NCBI GenBank assembly: GCA_029856525.1
Contig: JAHQXC010000060.1
Location: 1-8,219 of the forward strand
DNA: 8,219 nt
Source of the DNA: Candidatus Odinarchaeia archaeon
Lineage (GTDB): Archaea > Asgardarchaeota > Odinarchaeia > Odinarchaeales > Odinarchaeaceae
Direction: 5' to 3'
Positions 1 to 5,413 of the stretch are shown piece by piece. The notes under the pieces were generated by a model. That model was not told the origin of the DNA, searched no databases, and was given only the letters and a program-made list of their open reading frames with translations. The position numbers and the translations under genes are program-made. Positions within the stretch are counted from its first letter, which is position 1, and every line of letters begins with the position of its first letter.

Positions 1-311
1 TTGGAATATGCGCGAGTGTTAGGTGAGTGTAGTTGAAATATTCAAAACAAATATTCCCATACCATTCTATTTAAACATTTACAGCTAATTCAAACAGCTG
101 AAAAGCAAATAGTAAAAACGGTTTTCGATAAATTTTTTAGAGAGTTTTAATAAAACGTAAAACTAGAAAAAGTTTAAGAGTGGAAATTATCTGTTAACTT
201 TTATATTCGCTTTCGTTGACAATAATATTTGAAAAAGAGGTTATCATATTTGATGAATGCGCACTGTTCTATATCGAAACGTTTAACCACTGTTATCTTA
301 ATCACAGGGTT

Positions 312-319
312 TTTAAATA
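312..319 (+). promoter_or_regulatory. Candidate TATA box (TTTAAATA) for the csl4 transcription unit
   Basis: Matches the archaeal TTTAWATA consensus, and typical spacing puts the TSS near 343. The BRE is poor, and alternative TATA-like sites exist at 329-337 and 173-180 (the latter with a GAAAAA BRE-like element). Confidence 0.4.
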
Positions 320-359
320 ACTGTGAAGTTTAAAATACACTCATGTGGGGGAATATTTA

Positions 360-920
360 ATGAGCGGTGAGGTTAAAACTGGAAATTTAGTTTTACCTGG
401 AGATAAACTTGGAGTTATAGAGGAATATGTTTTAGGAGCTGGGACATTTCAAGAAGACGGTGTTATATACTCCTCAAGGATAGGGGTTGTTTTAATAGAT
501 AATAAATCTAAAAAAATCTCAGTTTTCCCTAAAGTAGCTAAACCACTCATACCAAAAAAAGGGGATATTGTTCTGGGTAAAGTTATTACAGTTCAAGGTA
601 AGAAGGCCACGGTAGCGATAGCGATGATAGAGGATAAGGTGCTCTCCTCTATTTTCACAGGGCAAGTCTTCATAAGACAGATTACAGGAGGCTACCTTGA
701 ATCTATCGATGACATGTTTAAAATAGGGGATATAATACGAGCCAGTGTTATAGATGATAAAGAAGAGGTTTACCAGCTTTCAACAGCAAGTCCTGAGCTT
801 GGTGTTATAAAAGCTTATTGCGCTAGATGCGGTAATGTTCTTAGGAGGGTTAATAAGCAATTAAAATGTGATTCATGCGGTAATGTTGAGATGAGGAAGC
901 TTGCAAGCGACTTCGAGTAG
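360..920 (+). CDS. csl4: Exosome complex RNA-binding cap subunit Csl4
   Basis: N-terminal PGDKLGVIEEY..GAGT motif, central S1 domain (PKKGDIVLGKV...IFTGQVFI...MFKIGDIIRASVI) and C-terminal Zn ribbon (CARC...CDSC...EMRKLA). I set the start at ATG 360 rather than the tracked GTG 345, because 345-351 (GTGGGGG) reads as a Shine-Dalgarno site for ATG 360. Adjacency to rpo11 is the usual context. Confidence 0.95.
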   Translation: MSGEVKTGNLVLPGDKLGVIEEYVLGAGTFQEDGVIYSSRIGVVLIDNKSKKISVFPKVAKPLIPKKGDIVLGKVITVQGKKATVAIAMIEDKVLSSIFTGQVFIRQITGGYLESIDDMFKIGDIIRASVIDDKEEVYQLSTASPELGVIKAYCARCGNVLRRVNKQLKCDSCGNVEMRKLASDFE

Positions 921-934
921 TAGAGGTGGGTTAA

Positions 935-1216
935 TTGAAGGTTAATTTTATTAAGAAATCTAAGAAAGAGCTTGAATTAGAGATTGATGGTGAAGGGCAT
1001 ACACTATTCAACCCGATTAGGAAAGCTTTATTTAAAGATAAAAGCGTAGTTTTCGCTGGATACCACGTAGAGCATCCTATGATAGGTCAAACTAGATTTG
1101 TGATTAAAACAGATGGGAGTAAGACAGCGAAGGAAGCGTTGATAGATGCTATTGACAGTTTAAAAAACGAGATTAAAGATCTTAAAGAAGCATTTTTAGA
1201 GAGTAAAAAAAGTTAA
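935..1216 (+). CDS. rpo11: DNA-directed RNA polymerase subunit Rpo11 (RpoL; RPB11 homolog)
   Basis: EGHTLFNPI and AGYHVEHP motifs of the RPB11/RpoL family, 93 aa. TTG start preceded by the SD GAGGTGG (923-929). Confidence 0.96.
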   Translation: MKVNFIKKSKKELELEIDGEGHTLFNPIRKALFKDKSVVFAGYHVEHPMIGQTRFVIKTDGSKTAKEALIDAIDSLKNEIKDLKEAFLESKKS

Positions 1217-1226
1217 GTGCGTGTAA

Positions 1227-1697
1227 ATGGAGAAGAACTCTAAGCTTATCCGGGAATTTCTAAACTCTTTTACCAGTATTTATAAGATTGCTAAAGATAA
1301 AAATTTAGCTCGGATAGGCGATAACATAGTAAACCTAGCTTATTCACTAGCTGTTTTCATATTAACTAACAGGAAAGCCGGTAAAAAAGTACCTGGAAAA
1401 ATTTTATCTACAGCTCTTAGAGAGAGTAATCTTAGAATTTACGCTGGAAGCCGCCGAGACTCGCATAGCCTAGCGGATGTTGTAGAAGCGCTGATAGGTT
1501 ACTGTTGGCTTAAAGGAGAGTTCCCGATCAATAAGATAGTTGAAATATTAACTGAAAACATGGCTTCAAGTGTAAAAGCTGAAGGCTGTTTTGAAAGCGT
1601 TAAAGCATTCAAAAAACTATTAGAAGAAGTGGATTTAATTCTATCTAAAGAGTTTTTTAAACAGGATAGTCTAAAAAATGGTGAAACAGTTTATTAG
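1227..1697 (+). CDS. Archaeal RNase III-domain (Mini-III-like) protein without a dsRNA-binding domain
   Basis: LARIGD (D32) resembles the RNase III/Mini-III signature LA[FY][LI]GD. LADVVEALIG (D84, E87) matches the second catalytic motif AD.[FV]EA[LI][IL]G. 156 aa, helical, with no C-terminal dsRBD apparent. Confidence 0.7.
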   Translation: MEKNSKLIREFLNSFTSIYKIAKDKNLARIGDNIVNLAYSLAVFILTNRKAGKKVPGKILSTALRESNLRIYAGSRRDSHSLADVVEALIGYCWLKGEFPINKIVEILTENMASSVKAEGCFESVKAFKKLLEEVDLILSKEFFKQDSLKNGETVY

Positions 1698-2259
1698 AGC
1701 TTTAGGAATAGATGATACTCCCTTCCAGCTTAGAGAAGACCAGTATACTAACATAGTAGGAGTAGTATATAGAGGGAACCTGATCCTAGAGGATGTTTTA
1801 ACAACTATTATAGAAGTTGATGGATTAGATTCAACAAGTAAAATCGTAGAGATGGTTGAAGGTTCAAAGCTTTCAAGCCAGCTGAGAGTGATCTTCCTTT
1901 CCGGGGTAACTTTCGGCGGCTTTAACACCGTTAATATAAAAGAGTTGTATCAGCTATTGAAAATACCGGTTATAGTTATCTTAGAGAAGAAACCGGATTA
2001 TGAAAGAATTAAAGCTGGAGCCTGCCGAACTAAAAATTATGAGAAAATAATAACTTATATAAAGGAGGCCGGGGATATAACACCTGTCCAGACAGTTAAA
2101 GGGAGAATTTATATACAAATTTCAGGTTTAAATCTCAGCGAAGCGTTAAATTTAATATCCTTATTTCAAGCATCTAGCAAGATACCGGAGCCTCTTAGAG
2201 TCGCGCAGTTAATAGCAAAAATTTTTAAGAAAGAGAATAGTTTAATTAAAAGTTCATAG
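1678..2259 (+). CDS. DUF99/UPF0215 family endonuclease V-like protein
   Basis: Family-typical motifs LGIDD, VDGLDST, LSGVTFGGFNTV and KIPEPLRVA.LIA. Overlaps the preceding gene by 20 nt. Confidence 0.88.
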   Translation: MVKQFIRALGIDDTPFQLREDQYTNIVGVVYRGNLILEDVLTTIIEVDGLDSTSKIVEMVEGSKLSSQLRVIFLSGVTFGGFNTVNIKELYQLLKIPVIVILEKKPDYERIKAGACRTKNYEKIITYIKEAGDITPVQTVKGRIYIQISGLNLSEALNLISLFQASSKIPEPLRVAQLIAKIFKKENSLIKSS

Positions 2260-2275
2260 TTGAGAGGGATATAAC

Positions 2276-2608
2276 ATGGATTTTTGCGATGAATGTGGTG
2301 GTCTTCTATATCCTGTTTCAGATAAAGAATTGAAGTGCCGGCGGTGTGGTAAGACTTTCAATATGAAAAAGGATGGTTCATGCGCTACTGAAGAAATTAC
2401 CATTAAAAAAACACTGAGCCATGGGCCTAAAAGTGAAACATACGTTGTTAAAGAGAATGTGAACACTATGCCGACTGTGAAAGCGGAGTGCCCTAAATGT
2501 AATAATAAATTGGCATATTACTGGCAGGTTCAAACTAGAGCTGCTGATGAGCCGTCTACCAGTTTCTTCAGATGCACTGTATGCGGTTATACTTGGAGAG
2601 AATATTAA
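2276..2608 (+). CDS. tfs: Transcript cleavage factor TFS (TFIIS/RPB9-like, 'RpoM')
   Basis: Two Zn ribbons (CDEC...CRRC; CPKC...CTVC) and an intact QTRAADEP acidic hairpin. SD-like GAGAGGGA at 2262-2269. Confidence 0.96.
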   Translation: MDFCDECGGLLYPVSDKELKCRRCGKTFNMKKDGSCATEEITIKKTLSHGPKSETYVVKENVNTMPTVKAECPKCNNKLAYYWQVQTRAADEPSTSFFRCTVCGYTWREY

Positions 2609-2610
2609 TC

Positions 2611-2624
2611 GGAAGATTTATATA
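2611..2624 (+). promoter_or_regulatory. Candidate BRE/TATA (GGAAGA-TTTATATA) upstream of the GTPase gene
   Basis: A purine-rich run followed by a consensus TATA box in the 88-nt tfs-GTPase gap. A second candidate, TATAAATA, lies at 2644-2651. Confidence 0.5.
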
Positions 2625-2696
2625 AAATAAACCGACTAAAATCTATAAATACCTTAAAAAAAGCTGAAAAGTTTAGAAAAAAGGGATGAGACCGGA

Positions 2697-3194
2697 TTGC
2701 AAATATTAAAAACAAGTGAAGTGATAAAAATAGCGATAACAGGTCTCCCCGGTGTAGGTAAAACAACGATCACCAATCTGCTAACAAATAGAAAAATACC
2801 GGTGAAACATGATCCTACTATAGGAGTTAACTTTTCAAATATAAAACTCAATGAACTTAACAGTATACTATCCGTATTCGATTTTGCAGGTCAGGAGAGA
2901 TTCAGCTTTATAATAGATGATTTAATCAAAGGCTCAAAAATAATTTTATTAGTGACCGATTCAACGCCTCAGAATGTGTTAAACAGCATACCCTTACTTA
3001 ACAGGCTTAAAAGAATCGCACCTGATAGTAAAATAATAGGGATAGCTAATAAACAAGATATAAAAGGAGCTTTAAGCCCTGAAAGAGTCGCAAACATACT
3101 AGGTTTAGAAACATACGGTATGATTGCAATCGACAGCCGAGAGAAAGTTCACATGTACAGAGTGTTAATAAACGCTTTAAAAACAGTAAACTAA
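2697..3194 (+). CDS. Small Ras-superfamily GTPase (Rab/Arf-like motifs, Asgard-type)
   Basis: G1 GLPGVGKT, G2 PTIG, G3 DFAGQ, G4 NKQD, atypical G5 (MIAI). The start is uncertain: TTG 2697 (SD-like GGGATGA at 2683-2689) or the in-frame GTG at 2721. Confidence 0.92.
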   Translation: MQILKTSEVIKIAITGLPGVGKTTITNLLTNRKIPVKHDPTIGVNFSNIKLNELNSILSVFDFAGQERFSFIIDDLIKGSKIILLVTDSTPQNVLNSIPLLNRLKRIAPDSKIIGIANKQDIKGALSPERVANILGLETYGMIAIDSREKVHMYRVLINALKTVN

Positions 3195-3219
3195 AAACCA
3201 GTTATTCAAAACGATTACT

Positions 3220-3525
3220 ATGGAGCCGGCGACTTGGAAAATTATAAAAGATATCAATCCCGGCGATAAAAGAGTGAGAGTGATCGGCAGAATTATAGAA
3301 TCTGATGAAAACTATATAATTATAGACGATGGGACAGGGGTTATATTAGTAGATATAAGCAGTGTTGAAAGAAAAAACCTATTAGAATATGTTCTAGTCA
3401 CTGGGGCGGTTCACTCCACAATCGATAATAAACTTATTATAGAAGCTGAGCTGATAAACAGCTTCAAATATTTGAATTTTGAAATATACCATAAGACATA
3501 TAATCTAGTTAATAAGCAACGTTAA
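3220..3525 (+). CDS. Small single OB-fold protein, RPA14/Rpa3-like (replication protein A small subunit)
   Basis: PA...I.DI...D.RV.VIGRII....Y...DDGTG...V, then V.VTG.V......I.AE.I..F and a C-terminal helix. This closely follows the pattern I recall for Thermococcales RPA14. 101 aa, directly upstream of pcna. Confidence 0.72.
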   Translation: MEPATWKIIKDINPGDKRVRVIGRIIESDENYIIIDDGTGVILVDISSVERKNLLEYVLVTGAVHSTIDNKLIIEAELINSFKYLNFEIYHKTYNLVNKQR

Positions 3526-3526
3526 C

Positions 3527-3532
3527 TTTTTT
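3527..3532 (+). terminator. Oligo-T (T6) terminator-like tract after the RPA14-like gene
   Basis: TTTTTT begins 2 nt after the stop codon. Archaeal intrinsic terminators are oligo-T tracts, but short T runs are common in AT-rich DNA. Confidence 0.35.
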
Positions 3533-3568
3533 AATCCTAAACTATAAAAGTTAAAGGAGTGATCTTTA

Positions 3569-4318
3569 ATGTTCAAAATAAAGTTTGCAGACGCTAAATT
3601 TTGGAGAAACATCTCGGAGGCGCTGTCATCTCTAGTAGATGAGGGTAGTTTCACAGTGAGCCCGACTGGGATAAAAATGAGAGCTATGGATCCATCTCAC
3701 ATTGCAATGGTCGATTTTGAATTACCGAGCGAAGCTTTCCAACAATATGAATGCTCTAAAGAAGTTAAAATCGGTTTAAATCTTGATGAAATGGTTAAAA
3801 TTATGCGAAGAGCAGGCTCAGGAGATGCTTTAGAGCTATCAACCGAGGAAACATTAGACAGGCTTCATATAAAATTTATAGGTAAAGCGGTTAGAAGATT
3901 CAGCCTTTCACTAATAGATATTCAAGCAGAGAATATTCCAACACCTAATATCGACTTCAAATCCACTGTTACAATGACTACAGATACATTAAGACAGGCT
4001 ATTGAAGACGCGGAGATTATAAGCGATCATATAAAACTGTTAATGGAAGGGGAGACCCTAATATTAAAGGCTTCAGGGGACACTGGAGAAGTTGAAATAA
4101 AACTTACAAAAGATAATGATTCAGTTTTATCCGTTAACAGTAGAGAAAATTCTACAGCCACTTATTCACTAGAGTATCTTAACGATATAATGAAAGGCGC
4201 GTCTACATCTAACATAGTTGAGTTAAGTTTCTCGACTAATATGCCTATTAAACTAATGTTCCCGATTGAGAAAGGCGGTATAACATATTATTTAGCGCCA
4301 CGCGTTGAAGCGGAATGA
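3569..4318 (+). CDS. pcna: DNA polymerase sliding clamp PCNA
   Basis: MRAMDPSHIAMVDF, IGLNLDEMVKIMRR, YSLEYL and C-terminal YYLAPRVE motifs, 249 aa. SD GGAGTGA at 3556-3562. Confidence 0.98.
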   Translation: MFKIKFADAKFWRNISEALSSLVDEGSFTVSPTGIKMRAMDPSHIAMVDFELPSEAFQQYECSKEVKIGLNLDEMVKIMRRAGSGDALELSTEETLDRLHIKFIGKAVRRFSLSLIDIQAENIPTPNIDFKSTVTMTTDTLRQAIEDAEIISDHIKLLMEGETLILKASGDTGEVEIKLTKDNDSVLSVNSRENSTATYSLEYLNDIMKGASTSNIVELSFSTNMPIKLMFPIEKGGITYYLAPRVEAE

Positions 4319-4327
4319 GATGAGTTA

Positions 4328-5413
4328 ATGAGTGAAAACCTTAATAAAAGGATAGCCTTCAAATATGCGTGGAGCGTTGATGCAGCGAAGTACGTGAAGA
4401 ACACGGATATTAAATTAGCTGAATTAAAAGAGGATACGCCGGAAGTTGAGTATGTTTTTAGAAGATTCGACGCGCTGATAAGAATACCAGCGGATAAAAT
4501 TCAAAATATAAAAGAAGAGTATTTAGAATCCCCGTACACGCCTTACATACTACCTGTAATGACCCTGGCACTCTCTATAATAGGGGATAACCGGCTTTTA
4601 CATAGATGGGCGGTTATAGAGTCGAAGATAACCCAGATAAATCTACTAGGCGAAGAACCGGATATAATAAGAAAACTACTATACGATAAATTCAACTGGC
4701 AAGCCTGGTACATTGATAAAATAGAGAGAAAAACCCTGTTAGCGAATACCGGGATGAATTATGATTGGAAGCTTAGATTCGAAGACTTCTTAACCGCTAA
4801 CTATTCATTCCACGACGCTTACTGGAAGCTGAATAATCAGATTATTTATGAAGGAAACGTGCTGTTAACAAACCAAATATTCACTCGACTTATAAGCGAA
4901 AGAGTTAAACTAGACTTAGCTTCAAGAAAACTAGTAAAACCGGATTTAAAAGAGTTAAATGAAAGTTTTATAAACGCAGTTGAAAAATTAAAAACAGAGT
5001 GGGATGAATTAAAGAAGGAAGCGGGGTTCCCTGATACTCAAATACAAGGCCCTGTAAGAAGAGAGTCTTTTCCCCCCTGTATCCGAGATCTACTATCCAA
5101 AATGCTTGCAGGTGAAAATATACCGCATCAAGGCAGGTTTACACTCACATCTTTCCTCTTAAACATAGGAATGAATGAGAATGAAATAATAGAATTATTC
5201 AGAGCCTCACCTGACTTCAACGAGAAGCTGACAAGATATCAAATAGAGCATATAAAAGGCAGGGGTTTGAATAAACCACGTTACACACCCCCTTCATGTA
5301 AAACCTTGAAAACCTATGGTTTATGTTTAAACGCGGATGATACTTGCAGTAAAATATCACACCCGTTAAAATACTATAACATAACGAGGAGACTGGTGAA
5401 AAAAAATAAATGA
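4328..5413 (+). CDS. priL: DNA primase large subunit PriL with C-terminal Fe-S domain
   Basis: SFPPCI, IPHQGRFTLTSFL, FNEKLTRYQIEHI and YTPPSCKTLKTYGLC.....C..ISHPLKYY. Four candidate [4Fe-4S] cysteines at C251, C324, C333 and C340. Confidence 0.95.
   Translation: MSENLNKRIAFKYAWSVDAAKYVKNTDIKLAELKEDTPEVEYVFRRFDALIRIPADKIQNIKEEYLESPYTPYILPVMTLALSIIGDNRLLHRWAVIESKITQINLLGEEPDIIRKLLYDKFNWQAWYIDKIERKTLLANTGMNYDWKLRFEDFLTANYSFHDAYWKLNNQIIYEGNVLLTNQIFTRLISERVKLDLASRKLVKPDLKELNESFINAVEKLKTEWDELKKEAGFPDTQIQGPVRRESFPPCIRDLLSKMLAGENIPHQGRFTLTSFLLNIGMNENEIIELFRASPDFNEKLTRYQIEHIKGRGLNKPRYTPPSCKTLKTYGLCLNADDTCSKISHPLKYYNITRRLVKKNK
5395..5399 (+). promoter_or_regulatory. Shine-Dalgarno site (GGTGA) for the proposed ATA start of priS
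   Basis: GGTGA ends 6 nt before ATA 5406. The same 6-nt spacing separates GGAGTGA from the pcna ATG. Confidence 0.6.

Noticed and set aside
1-36. Open + strand frame LEYARVLGECS* at the window edge, possibly the end of an upstream gene
   Set aside because: Only 11 codons are visible, with no recognisable motif, so it cannot be supported without upstream sequence.
1-70. Minus-strand frame IEWYGNICFEY..., superficially like a metallo-beta-lactamase N-terminus (W.GH.CF)
   Set aside because: It has no standard start codon or SD, lacks the conserved His and directly follows a stop codon.
21-74. AGGTGA, 6 nt, then TTG opening a 13-codon ORF (MKYSKQIFPYHSI*); the reverse complement TCACCT also resembles the 16S anti-SD
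   Set aside because: The peptide is too short and has no homology cue. The flanks do not match the 16S 3' end (GGATCACCTCC).
250-326. TTGATGA as a possible C box of a C/D sRNA
   Set aside because: It is not RTGATGA, and no CTGA D box follows at a suitable distance.
1630-1660. PIP-box-like FF near the C-terminus of the RNase III-like protein (ILSKEFF)
   Set aside because: The spacing does not fit Qxx[LIM]xxFF: there is no Gln, and Ser occupies the hydrophobic position.
1671-1928. Minus-strand 85-aa ORF
   Set aside because: Antisense shadow of the well-supported DUF99 gene, with no motifs.
2254-2466. Minus-strand 70-aa ORF
   Set aside because: Antisense shadow of tfs, with no motifs.
2521-2556. 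Possible inactive or inhibitory TFS paralog (TFS4-like)
   Set aside because: The catalytic Asp-Glu pair in QTRAADEP is intact, so this looks like canonical TFS.
2654-2851. Minus-strand 65-aa hydrophobic ORF
   Set aside because: Antisense to the GTPase. Its hydrophobicity is what the reverse complement of A-rich codons produces.
4049-4051. Eukaryote-like PCNA K164 ubiquitylation site
   Set aside because: By manual alignment to human PCNA, the equivalent residue is Gly161, so the site is absent.
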